The position numbers were made by a program, and so were the translations under genes. From an uncultured bacterium (GTDB taxonomy: Bacteria > Margulisbacteria > WOR-1 > CAVSGV01): a stretch of 32,000 bases of DNA. Shown here one piece after another: positions 1 through 9,855 of the stretch. The stretch spans positions 660,001 to 692,000 of the forward strand of contig OY969425.1 in NCBI GenBank assembly GCA_963699255.1, in the 5' to 3' direction. The notes under the pieces are model-generated. The model was not told where the DNA came from. It did not search any database and saw nothing but the letters and a program-made list of their open reading frames with translations. The stretch's first letter is position 1. Each line of letters starts with the position of its first letter.

Positions 1-1080
1 TAAAAATGCCTCTATGAACACATCTATATTTCCGTCTATCACCTTCTGGACATCGCTTACCTCCGCGCCGGTCCTGTGGTCCTTTACCATGGTATATGGG
101 GCAAAAACATACGACCTTATCTGGTTCCCCCATCCGATCTCGCGCCTCTGCCCCCTCAGCTCTTCTATCTTTTCCTTCCTTTCCTCAAGGAGCATCTCAT
201 ATAGTTTTGCCTTCATGATCTTCATCGCGGCTTCCCTGTTCGCGTGCTGGGAGCGGTCTGACTGGCTCTGCGTCACGATACCCGTCGGAACATGGGTTAT
301 CCTTATTGCCGAGCTTACCTTATTCACGTTCTGGCCGCCGGGACCGCTTGCCCTGAAGGTATCTACGCGCAGGTCCGCCGGGTTTATCTCAACCTTGATA
401 TCTTCAGTTATTTCAGGGATCACTTCAACGGAAGCGAAAGAAGTATGGCGCTTGCCGTCAGCGTTAAACGGCGACATCCTCACGAGCCTGTGGATCCCTT
501 TTTCCGCCTTAAGATATCCGTAGGCATACAGCCCCGACACGATAACGGTGGCGCCTTTTATGCCCGCCTCTTCGCCGTAAGAAATATCCGGCATCTCAAC
601 GCCGTATCCTTTTGATTCCGCCCACCTGCCGTACATCCTGAGCAGTATCTGCGCCCAGTCCTGCGCGTCGGTGCCGCCCGCCCCGGCGTTTATCGATACT
701 ATCGCGCTGTTCTTGTCATACTCTCCCGCCATAAGGGTCATGAGCTCAAGAGAAGATATGTCGCCTGTTAGCCCCGTCAGGTCCTGGGAGAGATCTTTTT
801 CCGCCGATTCAAGTTTCTCCTCAACGGCCGTGTCTACAAGAACGGACAGGTCTTCCGCTTTTGTTCTCAGCTTTTTCCATGAAGCGACCTGATCTTCAAG
901 GGACTTCAGCTCCCGCAGCAGCTTCTGCGCTTCCTGAGCGTCCTTCCAGAGGTCGGCACCTGATGTTTTCATATGAAGCTCTTTTATCTTTGCTTCCTTG
1001 TTCTCTATATCAAGAAGCTTTGAAAGCTCGCCGACTTTTTTTTGCGCGGAATCTATTTTACTTTTTAATTCGTCCAACAT
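1..1080 (-). CDS. prfB: Peptide chain release factor 2, 3' end runs off the left window edge
   Basis: Absent from the ORF track because it has no in-window stop. The reverse complement from ATG 1080..1078 reads MLDELKSKIDSAQKKVGELSKLLDIENKEAKIKELHMKTS. I hand-translated RMSPFNADGKRHTSF (the RF2-type SPF motif) around 421-480 and TFRASGPGGQ (GGQ motif) around 331-360. The frame is open to base 1. Confidence 0.93.
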   Translation of the reverse strand, partial: MLDELKSKIDSAQKKVGELSKLLDIENKEAKIKELHMKTSGADLWKDAQEAQKLLRELKSLEDQVASWKKLRTKAEDLSVLVDTAVEEKLESAEKDLSQDLTGLTGDISSLELMTLMAGEYDKNSAIVSINAGAGGTDAQDWAQILLRMYGRWAESKGYGVEMPDISYGEEAGIKGATVIVSGLYAYGYLKAEKGIHRLVRMSPFNADGKRHTSFASVEVIPEITEDIKVEINPADLRVDTFRASGPGGQNVNKVSSAIRITHVPTGIVTQSQSDRSQHANREAAMKIMKAKLYEMLLEERKEKIEELRGQRREIGWGNQIRSYVFAPYTMVKDHRTGAEVSDVQKVIDGNIDVFIEAFL

Positions 1081-1129
1081 TTGCACATCCCGTTTCGCGG
1101 AGATAAACTCCGCTCTTCCAATCTACAAA

Positions 1130-1181
1130 GCAGAGCTTGCCCCGCAGAGATGCTCCGCATTCTTGCGGGGCTTGCCTCTGC
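1130..1181 (-). terminator. Stem-loop just 3' of the protease gene, possible terminator
   Basis: GCAGAG-CTTG-CCCCGCA (1130-1146) pairs with TGCGGGG-CTTG-CCTCTGC (1164-1181), leaving a 4-nt internal loop. On the minus strand only a weak TTTGT follows. Confidence 0.4.
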
Positions 1182-1187
1182 GAAGCT

Positions 1188-3263
1188 TTACTTCAATACT
1201 ATTATTTTCCCTTTCCCTATCGTTCGGCCCTCGGAAGCTATCCTGAAAAGATACACGCCATTCGCGACCGTTTCCCCGAAATCGTTTTTCCCGTCCCAGT
1301 AAACCCTGTTCGTTCCCTGGTTGCCTCCGTTCGTCCCGGATGAAAAGTATTTCCTGCAGATCAAGCTGCCTGATATATCAAAAAAGTAAATATAAGTTTC
1401 GGAATTCGCGTTAAGATCGTATTTGATCATTATCGATCCCTTGTTCGGATTGAACGGGTTCGGGCCGTACTGGGCCCGCGCCATAAGCAAAGGCGAGTCG
1501 GAAGACCCGGCATGAAAGATGATCATTTTTGCTTTTGACGTGAGATCGTTCAAAGTAAGTCTTACGGTCAAGTCGCCGTCTAATCCGGTCGAATCCAGGA
1601 CAGCCAAGGTCCCGTTAAGCACCGGGGTTGTGGAAGTCTCAAGTGTTGTCCATGTTGTCGGGCTGCTGCCTCGTCCGTATTCAACCACGTATTTGCTGAA
1701 TGTTTCACCAGTCGCGCTTCCAAGTATATTGATAACCCCATAGGCGGTCCCTTTATTCGCTGGAGAAGAAATGTATCCGTAAAGCCCGCCTAGTGACGCA
1801 AAAGCATTTATGCGTCCTTTGCCAAGCTTCCCTTCGTAACCGGGATTATACGCGTCAATATTATCCGCATAATCTTCAATCCTCTGGACCACCGCTTCAG
1901 CTGATATCCCGGGATACTTCGCGATAATAAGCGCCGCCAGCCCTGAAACAAAAGGCGTTGCCATGGAAGTACCTTCAAGCCATTCATCACTTACATCATC
2001 CCCGCCATACACGCTTAGTATCCAATGAACATATTCTGTATAACTGCCGTCGCCTCCCGGGGCAGACACATCAACAGATGAACCGTAATTGGAGTAACTT
2101 GCTTTGCGATCGTACGGATCAGTTGCCGCGACCGAGAGCACATGAGCATAAGCGGCAGGATAACTGGGGCTGGAAGTGTTTTCATTTCCCGCGGCGGCCA
2201 CAAGAACGCAGTCCGCTGTTGCGGCATAGGTGATGCCTTCCAATATCGTACTGCTCGCATCCCCTCCAAAGCTCATGCTGATGACATCGGCTGATGCGCT
2301 TACCGCCCATATCAACCCATTAAAGATATCCACTTCATTCCCCGATCCGCCTGAATCAAATGACTTTATCGGGATTATCCTGCAGTGCCAGTCAACTCCG
2401 GCAACGCCTTTACCGTTATCCGAATCTGCACCTATTATGCCTGAAACATGGGTCCCGTGATAACCTCGAAGGGCGGCATCGTCCATTGGATCGCTATTCC
2501 CATAAACGAAATTGTATCCTTCCAGGGAGTCCACTCTGTTAATCAGGTCCTCGTGATTGTAATTCACTCCCGTATCAATGACCGCCACCTTTACCGAGCT
2601 CTCCCCCGTGCACATATTCCAGCCGGAATTTCCCTCCTCAGTAGGGGTAAGCCATATCTTATAAAGCCCCCACTGATTTGGGTTGCTATCCGCGCTGCCC
2701 TCACCGGAGATATACCATGGATCGTTCGGGGTATATATGTGCATGATATAATTCGGTTCGGCGAATTCGACCGAAGGATCATTTTTGTATTCCTCCACAA
2801 CCGACTTCACGTCCGTATCCTTCGGGAATTCCAGAAGGAATATCCGCGACATGTCCGGCAGCTCAACAACACGCCCGCTCCTGAGCTTTTTCAGTTTGCG
2901 CTCTTTTTTCGCGAACGATCTGATGTTGCTTATCTTATATCTGGCGTTAAGCGCTTTTATCGATCCTGGCATTATTTCAACTTTATCCAGCGAAAAAACA
3001 CCGACGCCCTTTTTGTCCTTGACCGAAACCACATCCGGCTTGAATTTGACCATCATCTGCCCGGGCACGAATTCCTCCGCAAAACAGGGGAAACTGAAGA
3101 ATAATAAACAAAGAAGAACTAGGAACCTGCGACTGAAAGTCGCGGTTCCATTATATTGATTGGAACCGAGGCTTTTAGCCTCAGGTTCCAATAGCATCGG
3201 ATCCCTGGTCATAAATCTTTTCCGCAGCATTTTTTGTACTTCTTTCCGCTCCCGCATGGACAC
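1188..3263 (-). CDS. Secreted subtilisin-like (S8) serine protease with an N-terminal propeptide-like region and a C-terminal beta-sandwich (FlgD-Ig / T9SS-CTD-like) tail
   Basis: Catalytic triad contexts are VAVIDTGV (Asp), HGTHVSG (His) and [11 protein letters not shown] (Ser). A hydrophobic signal segment reads [16 protein letters not shown], and the C-terminus ends in NGVYLFRI. The start is uncertain: GTG 3263 overlaps secA, and the alternatives are ATG 3230, 3212 and 3197, of which only 3197 clears the secA stop. Confidence 0.88.
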   Translation of the reverse strand: MSMRERKEVQKMLRKRFMTRDPMLLEPEAKSLGSNQYNGTATFSRRFLVLLCLLFFSFPCFAEEFVPGQMMVKFKPDVVSVKDKKGVGVFSLDKVEIMPGSIKALNARYKISNIRSFAKKERKLKKLRSGRVVELPDMSRIFLLEFPKDTDVKSVVEEYKNDPSVEFAEPNYIMHIYTPNDPWYISGEGSADSNPNQWGLYKIWLTPTEEGNSGWNMCTGESSVKVAVIDTGVNYNHEDLINRVDSLEGYNFVYGNSDPMDDAALRGYHGTHVSGIIGADSDNGKGVAGVDWHCRIIPIKSFDSGGSGNEVDIFNGLIWAVSASADVISMSFGGDASSTILEGITYAATADCVLVAAAGNENTSSPSYPAAYAHVLSVAATDPYDRKASYSNYGSSVDVSAPGGDGSYTEYVHWILSVYGGDDVSDEWLEGTSMATPFVSGLAALIIAKYPGISAEAVVQRIEDYADNIDAYNPGYEGKLGKGRINAFASLGGLYGYISSPANKGTAYGVINILGSATGETFSKYVVEYGRGSSPTTWTTLETSTTPVLNGTLAVLDSTGLDGDLTVRLTLNDLTSKAKMIIFHAGSSDSPLLMARAQYGPNPFNPNKGSIMIKYDLNANSETYIYFFDISGSLICRKYFSSGTNGGNQGTNRVYWDGKNDFGETVANGVYLFRIASEGRTIGKGKIIVLK
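3122..3189. repeat. Two adjacent REP-like hairpins with GGAACC...GGTTCC termini
   Basis: 3122-3149 is GGAACCTGCGAC-TGAAA-GTCGCGGTTCC. 3162-3189 is GGAACCGAGGC-TTTTA-GCCTCAGGTTCC. The first is nearly identical to 11513-11539. Confidence 0.8.
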
Positions 3264-5710
3264 GGGTCGTTCCTTCCTATCTTATCGGTCTTCCTGACCG
3301 ATGATGATCTGCTCACGCGCGTCGGCTCTCCGTAAGTGACATTGCGCTTCCTCTGGAGGAGCTCCTCCTCGCCTTCCCTCACCACCTGGGCCTTGTATAT
3401 CACGCTGATGATCTCCTGCCTTGCGGCATCCATCATGTCCTGGAACATCTTGTAACCCTCTATCTTGTATTCAATGAGAGGATCCCTCTGCCCCCAGGCG
3501 CGCAGTCCTATTCCCTCGCGCAGGACATCCATGTTGTGGAGATGCTCTATCCACTTCGCGTCGATCTCCTTAAGCATAACAAGCTTCTCTATCTCACGCA
3601 TAGCATCACTGCCGACGAACTTCTCTTTTGCCTCATAAGCGTCCTTCAACATGCTTTCAAGGGCGCTCTTTATCCCGGCTCTGTCCTTATAGGCCGCAAG
3701 GCCGCTCATGTCCGCCGGCAGGAGTTCAGAAACGGCGGTCTTAAGCCCCTCGATGTCCGAAAGGGGATCTTTTTCCGGAACGAAAGCGTCCAGATAATTC
3801 TTGACCAGCTGATCGATCATCTCGAAGGCCTTTTGCTTCAGGTCCCTTCCCTCCAGGATCCTGCGCCGCAAAGCGTATATCGATTCCCTCTGCTTGTTCA
3901 TGACGTCGTCATATTCAAGGACCTGTTTCCTTATGTTAAAGTGATATTGCTCCACTTTCTTCTGCGCGTTCTCTATCGCCCTAGTTATAAGCGGATGTTC
4001 TATCGGCGTATTCTCCTCCATACCCATTCTTTCCATTATCCCGGCGATCCTGTCGCTGCCGAAAAGCTTCATCAGGTCGTCCTCAAGCGCCACATAAAAT
4101 CTGGACGAGCCCGGGTCGCCCTGACGGCCGCTTCGGCCTCTCAGCTGGTTGTCTATCCTGCGCGATTCGTGCCGCTCCGTCCCGATTATGTAAAGTCCCC
4201 CGGACTGGGCCACCCCTTCGCCAAGGACGATATCGGTGCCGCGGCCCGCCATGTTCGTTGCAATAGTGACGGCGCCCTTCTGCCCGGCTTTCGCGACGAT
4301 CTCCGCTTCCATTTCGTGATGCTTCGCGTTCAAAACGTTGTGGGGGATCCCCCGCCTTTTCAATATATCGCTTATATGTTCGGAATTCTCTATCGAGACG
4401 GTGCCGACAAGGACCGGCTGCCCGTTCTTATGGAGGCTTGCTATCTCGTCGGCGACGTTATTGAACTTTTCCTTCCTTGTCTTGTATATCACGTCATTCA
4501 GGTCTTTCCTTATCATGCGCTTGTAGGTGGGGACCTCCAGGACCTCCAGCTTGTATATTTTCCAGAACTCGCCCTCTTCGGTCTTCGCGGTCCCCGTCAT
4601 ACCGGCAAGCTTTTTGTACATCCTGAAATAATTCTGGAAAGTTATGGTTGCGAGCGTCTGGCTTTCTTCCTGGATGGTGACGTTCTCCTTGGCTTCTATC
4701 GCCTGATGAAGCCCGTCGCTGTAACGCCTGCCGATCATGAGGCGTCCGGTGAATTCATCCACTATGATCACCTCGCCGTCCTTGACGACATAATCGATGT
4801 CGCCCCTGTAAAGGTGCCACGCCTTAAGGGATTGGAGTATCTGGTGGGCTATTTCCATGTTCGCTATGTCAAAGAGGCTTTCAACTCCGAGGAATTTTTC
4901 CGCTTTCTTTGTCCCTGCTTCTGTCAGGACGGCGTTCTTCGTCTTTTCGTCAACGGTGAAATCCGCGCCTTTTGAAAGTTTTTTCGCGATATCGTTCCCC
5001 TTATAATATCCCTCCAGGCTTTCCTCCACCATTCCCGATATGATAAGAGGCGTCCTTGCTTCGTCGATCAAAATGCTGTCCACTTCGTCAACGATCGCGT
5101 AATTAACGTCCCTCTGAACGCACTGTTCTATGGTGACGGCCATGTTATCCCTTAAATAATCAAAGCCGAATTCGTTGTTGGTGCCGAAAGTAATGTCCGC
5201 GCCGTAAGCCGCTTTCCGCTCCGCATAGTCCATGTCGTGCTGGATAAGCCCGACCTCCAGGCCGAGGAACTTGTATATAGGGCCCATCCACTCGCTGTCG
5301 CGTTTCGCGAGGTAATCATTGACCGTTACTATGTGCACGCCCTTTTCTTCGAGAGCGTTAAGATATACGGGCAGTGTCGCGACAAGGGTTTTTCCTTCGC
5401 CCGTCTTCATCTCGGAGATCTTGCCCTGATGGAGTACTATGCCGCCCACAAGCTGAACGTCGAAGTGGCGAAGTCCTGTTGTCCTGACGGATGCCTCCCG
5501 AACAGCGGCAAAAGCCTCCGGAAGGATACTGTCCAGTGACTCGCCTTTTTTGAGCCTCCCTTTGAACTCGGATGTCTTGGCCTTAAGCTGTTCGTCGCTC
5601 AGAGCCTTCATTTTCGCTTCGAGGCTGTTTATCTTAAGGACGAGCGGCTGGATCTTCTCCAGTTTTTTTTCATCTGTCTCGCTCAATAAATTTATAAGCC
5701 ATTTGAACAT
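3209..5710 (-). CDS. secA: Preprotein translocase ATPase SecA
   Basis: 833 aa. Walker A is MKTGEGKTL, the protein shows SecA-wide similarity, and the C-terminal zinc motif is [14 protein letters not shown]. Confidence 0.98.
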   Translation of the reverse strand: MFKWLINLLSETDEKKLEKIQPLVLKINSLEAKMKALSDEQLKAKTSEFKGRLKKGESLDSILPEAFAAVREASVRTTGLRHFDVQLVGGIVLHQGKISEMKTGEGKTLVATLPVYLNALEEKGVHIVTVNDYLAKRDSEWMGPIYKFLGLEVGLIQHDMDYAERKAAYGADITFGTNNEFGFDYLRDNMAVTIEQCVQRDVNYAIVDEVDSILIDEARTPLIISGMVEESLEGYYKGNDIAKKLSKGADFTVDEKTKNAVLTEAGTKKAEKFLGVESLFDIANMEIAHQILQSLKAWHLYRGDIDYVVKDGEVIIVDEFTGRLMIGRRYSDGLHQAIEAKENVTIQEESQTLATITFQNYFRMYKKLAGMTGTAKTEEGEFWKIYKLEVLEVPTYKRMIRKDLNDVIYKTRKEKFNNVADEIASLHKNGQPVLVGTVSIENSEHISDILKRRGIPHNVLNAKHHEMEAEIVAKAGQKGAVTIATNMAGRGTDIVLGEGVAQSGGLYIIGTERHESRRIDNQLRGRSGRQGDPGSSRFYVALEDDLMKLFGSDRIAGIMERMGMEENTPIEHPLITRAIENAQKKVEQYHFNIRKQVLEYDDVMNKQRESIYALRRRILEGRDLKQKAFEMIDQLVKNYLDAFVPEKDPLSDIEGLKTAVSELLPADMSGLAAYKDRAGIKSALESMLKDAYEAKEKFVGSDAMREIEKLVMLKEIDAKWIEHLHNMDVLREGIGLRAWGQRDPLIEYKIEGYKMFQDMMDAARQEIISVIYKAQVVREGEEELLQRKRNVTYGEPTRVSRSSSVRKTDKIGRNDPCPCGSGKKYKKCCGKDL

Positions 5711-5724
5711 TGTGTTTACTTCTA

Positions 5725-5848
5725 CCTCATCCCCTGCCTGCCGGTAGGCAGGCTAGCCCTTCTCCAATCAATAGGAGAAGGGAAAGGATACTATACTATA
5801 TCCTCACTTCTCCCTCTCATTCCAGGAGAGGGGTCAGGGGTGAGGAAA
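5725..5848 (-). promoter_or_regulatory. Highly structured region upstream of secA (putative 5' leader)
   Basis: Nested hairpins: GCCTGCC-GGTA-GGCAGGC (5736-5753), CCCTTCTCC-N8-GGAGAAGGG (5757-5782), and CCTCAC..TCCCTCTC-loop-GGAGAGGG..GTGAGG (5802-5845). In addition, CCTCATCCCCTG (5725-5736) can pair with CAGGGGTGAGG (5835-5845). Confidence 0.45.
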
Positions 5849-5882
5849 TAAAAAGGGAGATAAGCGAACAAGCCCGCTTATC
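5847..5882 (-). terminator. Rho-independent terminator of hpf
   Basis: Stem GATAAGCG (5859-5866) pairs with CGCTTATC (5875-5882). On the minus strand it is followed by TCCCTTTTTATTT. Confidence 0.6.
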
Positions 5883-5901
5883 CCCCTTTTGGATCAGAGC
5901 G

Positions 5902-6480
5902 TCACTGAAGTTCTGGTTCTATCAATCCGTAATTGCCGGTGCTTCTCCTGTAAATGGTATTGACCTCGCCGGTCTTTGAATTTAGGAACATGTAGAAGTC
6001 ATGCCCCAGAAGTTCCATTTCCTGTGAGGCCTCTTCCGGCGTGATCGGGGTCATTGCGAACCGTTTTACCTTAACGACAACGGGACCGGGGGTTTCTTTG
6101 GGTTTTATCGTTTCCGCATTGATCCCCTCAGCCATCATCTCCCTGACATGTTCCTTGGTTTTTCCGCCCTTCCTGCGAATTTCTTTAACCAGTTTTTCCT
6201 TGTGTTTTTCTATCTGCCTCTCCAGCTTGTCAAAAACCTGGTCGATGGCGGCGTACATGTCGGACGCTCCGTCGGTCGCCCTTACGATCTTTCCCGCGGT
6301 CCATACCGTGACCTCCGCGACCTGGTTCCTTAATTGATCATCGTTCTTCCTGACATCCAGTGTCACTTCGGCCTTCTGGATATTACCGAAATATTCATCA
6401 AGCTTGCCCAATTTCTTTTCGGCATAATCCCTGAGCGGAGCCGTAACATCCATACCGTGCCCTTGAACTATCACATGCAT
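5902..6480 (-). CDS. hpf: Ribosome hibernation promoting factor, long form
   Basis: MHVIVQGHGMDVTAPLRDYAEKKLGKLDEYF is followed by the long-HPF C-terminal domain. ATG 6480 is preceded by AGGAGG. The 245-aa track ORF is an upstream extension overlapping comF. Confidence 0.93.
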   Translation of the reverse strand: MHVIVQGHGMDVTAPLRDYAEKKLGKLDEYFGNIQKAEVTLDVRKNDDQLRNQVAEVTVWTAGKIVRATDGASDMYAAIDQVFDKLERQIEKHKEKLVKEIRRKGGKTKEHVREMMAEGINAETIKPKETPGPVVVKVKRFAMTPITPEEASQEMELLGHDFYMFLNSKTGEVNTIYRRSTGNYGLIEPELQ

Positions 6481-6511
6481 AAATAATCCTCCTGTCTGAA
6501 TATCTGGATAA

Positions 6512-6540
6512 ATTATATACTGTTTTCGATCAATCCTCAA
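6512..6540 (-). promoter_or_regulatory. Sigma70-like promoter for hpf
   Basis: The minus strand reads TTGAGG-17 nt-TATAAT. The -35 lies within the last comF codons. Confidence 0.5.
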
Positions 6541-7273
6541 CCGCTCTTGCCAAAGTGAGGGCATAAATGTTCTTCGCCCCCGCTGCTTTAAGCGCTTTCG
6601 AAGCTTCACGCACGGTAGCGCCGGTCGTATAGATATCATCGATCAACAGAACGTTCTTTCCCGTCAGCGCAGACGCCTGGAAAGCGCCCCTGACGTTCTG
6701 GAGCCTTTCCTTTCTTGAGAGTTCGAACTGGGGAGTGACATCCTTTATTTTTTTAAGGGAGCGGCTGTCGAGATATATTGAACATTGCCTGGAAATTTCC
6801 TCCGCAAGCATTTTTGACTGGTTATACCCTCTTTGTTTCTCCCTCTTTGCCGACAGCGGGATCGGGATCATAAGATCGATCTCTTTCGCGGGAATGTCCC
6901 CGTATCGCAAATAAGAAACGAGGAGCTTGCCGAGAAATGAGGAGAGCGTCCTCTTTCCGTCAAATTTGAATTTATGGATCGCCTCCTTCAGCACGCCGTC
7001 GTATAACGCGACCGATCTGGCCAGGGTAAAAGGGACGCCTCCCCTGCCGCAGTCCTCGCACAGATCCCCGGCAAAGTATTTATCCCTGGGCTTTCCGCAG
7101 AGCCCGCATATCGGCGGCTTAAGGTAAACGACTTTGTTCACGCAAACATCGCAGATGATCTTCCGGCTTTTGTTCTTGCATATTACGCAGCATGGCGGGA
7201 ATATCAGGTCGATAAGATGGTCGAACGGGCTGGGCATGATGAAATTATAGCCGCTTGCTTGAAATTTTGCCAC
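6530..7273 (-). CDS. comF: ComF family protein (phosphoribosyltransferase-like, ComFC type)
   Basis: N-terminal Cys clusters are CCVIC...CDVC and CGLCG...CEDCG. The PRTase motif is VLLIDDIYTTGAT. The start is either GTG 7273 or ATG 7237 (MPSPFDHL). Confidence 0.88.
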   Translation of the reverse strand: MAKFQASGYNFIMPSPFDHLIDLIFPPCCVICKNKSRKIICDVCVNKVVYLKPPICGLCGKPRDKYFAGDLCEDCGRGGVPFTLARSVALYDGVLKEAIHKFKFDGKRTLSSFLGKLLVSYLRYGDIPAKEIDLMIPIPLSAKREKQRGYNQSKMLAEEISRQCSIYLDSRSLKKIKDVTPQFELSRKERLQNVRGAFQASALTGKNVLLIDDIYTTGATVREASKALKAAGAKNIYALTLARAVED

Positions 7274-7293
7274 TAGTATGATATATTTTAAAC

Positions 7294-7908
7294 ATGATCT
7301 GGGATGAAATCATTCTGCTTCTCGATCAGGGAGAAGGACAACAGGTGGAGTTCGACAAAACCATCCCATCCACGGACGATATCGCAAGAGAATACGTCGC
7401 CTTTGCGAATTCCGACGGCGGCCACCTGATCCTGGGAATTGACGATAAGAACAAACACCTCATGGGAGTTGACCTGGCGGATGACTCCGTGGATAAGCTG
7501 ATGAAGATAGGAAGCGAGAAATGCGTGCCCGCAATTACCCCTCACATTGAAACAATGGAAAAAAACGGGAAAAAAGTAATAGACATAATGATAAACGAAG
7601 GCGATGAGAAGCCGTACAGGACCGACGAGATCTGCTATATAAGGGACGGCAACATCTCGCGTCCGGCAAGGGAAAGAGAAGAAGAAGAGATAAAGAGCCC
7701 GTGGGCGGGGAAAGACCTGAACAAGCGGCAAAAAAGGGCGCTGCAGTTCATAACCGAACACGGATCCATTACCAACAGGGAATACAGGGAAGCTTTCAAC
7801 GTCTCTCATAAGACAGCTCACATTGAAATGACGCTTCTTTCGGAGAAAAAACTTGTGGAGGCTCAGGGAGCGGGTCGGAACACCCACTACGTCCTTCCGC
7901 CGCAGTAA
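7294..7908 (+). CDS. AlbA_2 (Schlafen-like) domain protein with a C-terminal winged-helix/HTH
   Basis: The N-terminus is EFDKTIPSTDDIAREYVAFANSDGGHLILGIDD. The C-terminal HTH-like segment is KRQKRALQFITEHGSITNREYREAFNVSHKTAHIEM. Confidence 0.8.
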   Translation: MIWDEIILLLDQGEGQQVEFDKTIPSTDDIAREYVAFANSDGGHLILGIDDKNKHLMGVDLADDSVDKLMKIGSEKCVPAITPHIETMEKNGKKVIDIMINEGDEKPYRTDEICYIRDGNISRPAREREEEEIKSPWAGKDLNKRQKRALQFITEHGSITNREYREAFNVSHKTAHIEMTLLSEKKLVEAQGAGRNTHYVLPPQ

Positions 7909-7931
7909 CCGCGTTTGAGAGAACTAAAAAC

Positions 7932-7960
7932 TTGAAAACAAAATATACAAATGCTATGAT
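7932..7960 (+). promoter_or_regulatory. Sigma70-like promoter for tpiA-fba
   Basis: TTGAAA (7932-7937), 17 nt, TATGAT (7955-7960). Confidence 0.6.
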
Positions 7961-7991
7961 AAACCTCGTTCCATTTGAAACTTAGATAGGA

Positions 7992-8750
7992 TTGAACAAA
8001 TTGAGAAAACCCATAATCGCCGGCAACTGGAAGATGTACAAGACCATAGTGGAATCAGTCTCAACCGCCATAGATCTGAAAGCACAGGTCTCCGGAATAT
8101 CCGACAGGGAAATAGTGATCTGCCCCGTTTTTACCTCTCTCAAATTCGTCTGCGACGCCCTGGTGAATTCCAACATCAGTGTCGGCGCCCAAGACCTTTT
8201 CTGGGAGGACAAGGGAGCGTTCACCGGGGAAATTTCCGCGCCCCAGATAAAAGACACGGGATGCGCCTATGTGATAATAGGCCATTCTGAAAGAAGGCAG
8301 TATTTCCACGAGACGAACGAAACCGTCGGCAAAAAGACCCTCTCCGCGCTTAAAGCCAGACTGATACCGATCGTTTGCGTGGGTGAAACCCTTGCCGAAA
8401 GAGAATCCGGAAAAACTTTTTCGGTCATTGAAAAGCAGATCAGGGAAGGGCTCGGCTGCCTCTCGGCGGAACAGGCGAAAATGATAGTTGTCGCTTACGA
8501 GCCGGTCTGGGCCATAGGGACCGGCAAGGTCGCCACCCCCGCACAGGCTGAAGAGGTCCATATCTGCATAAGGAAAACCGTCGCGAACATGTTCGGCCAG
8601 GACCTGGCGGACGGCATGAGGATACTTTACGGCGGGAGCGTAAAGCCGGAGAACATCGCGGTGCTCATGGAACAGAAAAATATCGACGGGGCGCTGGTCG
8701 GCGGCGCAAGCCTGGATGCAGCGTCTTTCGCGAAAATAATCAAATATTAA
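7992..8750 (+). CDS. tpiA: Triosephosphate isomerase
   Basis: Motifs IAGNWKMY, IIGHSERR and AYEPVWAIGTG are present. The start is TTG at 7992 or 8001. Confidence 0.96.
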   Translation: MNKLRKPIIAGNWKMYKTIVESVSTAIDLKAQVSGISDREIVICPVFTSLKFVCDALVNSNISVGAQDLFWEDKGAFTGEISAPQIKDTGCAYVIIGHSERRQYFHETNETVGKKTLSALKARLIPIVCVGETLAERESGKTFSVIEKQIREGLGCLSAEQAKMIVVAYEPVWAIGTGKVATPAQAEEVHICIRKTVANMFGQDLADGMRILYGGSVKPENIAVLMEQKNIDGALVGGASLDAASFAKIIKY

Positions 8751-8768
8751 ACAGGAAGGAGCAAAAAA

Positions 8769-9734
8769 ATGACAGCATTTAAAGATCTTGGACTGGTGAA
8801 CACAAGGGAGATGTTCAAGAAAGCCGTTGACGGTGAGTACGCGATCCCCGCCTACAATTTCAATAACATGGAGCAGCTGCAGGCGATCATGATGGCCTGC
8901 GCCGAGACAAGCTCGCCGGTCATAATCCAGGTCTCTTCGGCGCGAGAAAGTACGCGAACGCCGACAATGCTGCGCTACATGGCGCAGGGCGCGGTGGAGA
9001 TGACAAGGAAAGACCTTAAATCGAACATCCCCATATGCCTGCACCTTGACCACGGCGATACCTTTGAGCTCTGTGTCTCCTGCATAGAATACGGATTTTC
9101 ATCAGTGATGATCGACGGAAGCCACCTTCCCTATGAGGAAAATGTCGCGCTGACAAAGAAGGTCGTGGAATACGCGCACAAATATGATGTGACCGTGGAG
9201 GGAGAGCTCGGGGTGCTCGCCGGGATCGAAGACGCGGTGAAAGCCGAGAAACACACCTACACCCAGCCCGAAGAGGTCCAGGACTTTGTCAAGAAGACAG
9301 GGGTTGATTCTCTGGCTATATCAATAGGAACATCGCACGGCGCGTATAAGTTCAAGCCGGGCACAAAGCCGGAGATCAGGCTGGACATTCTTCACGTAAT
9401 AGAAAAAAGGATCCCCGGTTTCCCGATAGTCCTTCACGGCTCTTCTTCCGTACCACAGGATTTGGTGAAGCAGATCAATTCGAACGGCGGGAAACTGAAA
9501 GACGCCATCGGCATACCCGAAACCCAGCTGAGGGAAGCGGCAAAGTCCGCCGTATGCAAGATAAACATCGATTCTGACGGCCGGCTGGCCATGACCGCGG
9601 CGATAAGAAAGGTCTTTGTCGAAAAACCGGAGGAGTTCGACCCCAGGAAATATCTAGGTCCGGCGAGGGACGCGCTGAAAGAACTTTACAAGCACAAAAA
9701 TATCAATGTCCTCGGTTCCGCGGGAAAAGCTTAG
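8769..9734 (+). CDS. fba: Class II fructose-bisphosphate aldolase
   Basis: Contains LHLDHG, GELG and IVLHGSSS, with class II ketose-bisphosphate aldolase similarity throughout. The RBS is GGAAGGAG. Confidence 0.94.
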   Translation: MTAFKDLGLVNTREMFKKAVDGEYAIPAYNFNNMEQLQAIMMACAETSSPVIIQVSSARESTRTPTMLRYMAQGAVEMTRKDLKSNIPICLHLDHGDTFELCVSCIEYGFSSVMIDGSHLPYEENVALTKKVVEYAHKYDVTVEGELGVLAGIEDAVKAEKHTYTQPEEVQDFVKKTGVDSLAISIGTSHGAYKFKPGTKPEIRLDILHVIEKRIPGFPIVLHGSSSVPQDLVKQINSNGGKLKDAIGIPETQLREAAKSAVCKINIDSDGRLAMTAAIRKVFVEKPEEFDPRKYLGPARDALKELYKHKNINVLGSAGKA

Positions 9735-9745
9735 GATACAAAAAA

Positions 9746-9829
9746 CGAATGTCCTAAAGTCCGAATATCCGAACAATGAAAAATACAATATAAATTCCTT
9801 GTTAGGACTTTCGGATTTCTGACATTCGG
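9746..9829. repeat. Long imperfect hairpin between fba and pfp
   Basis: The outer stem CGAATGTC (9746-9753) pairs with GACATTCG (9822-9829). The inner arms are built from GTCCTAA / TCCGAA units and their complements TTAGGAC / TTCGGA. The hairpin is followed by AATTATTTTAT. Confidence 0.65.
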
Positions 9830-9855
9830 AATTATTTTATAAGTAAGGGAAAGAC

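Noticed and set aside
961-1080. Expected programmed +1 frameshift site (CTT TGA C) near codon 25 of prfB
   Set aside because: The reading frame is continuous from ATG 1080 through KLLDIENKEAKIKELHMKTS with no in-frame TGA. Many lineages encode RF2 without the frameshift, so this is not anomalous.
3536-4975. 479-aa plus-strand ORF
   Set aside because: It is antisense to secA, whose identity is unambiguous. It has a biased composition and no recognisable motifs, so it is a shadow ORF.
5902-6639. N-terminal 53-codon extension of the hpf ORF
   Set aside because: It overlaps comF and lacks an RBS. ATG 6480 has AGGAGG and matches the canonical HPF N-terminus.
7288-7887. 199-aa minus-strand ORF
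   Set aside because: It is antisense to the AlbA_2/HTH gene, which has clear domain signatures.
8061-9053. 330-aa minus-strand ORF
   Set aside because: It is antisense to tpiA and fba, both of which carry diagnostic motifs.
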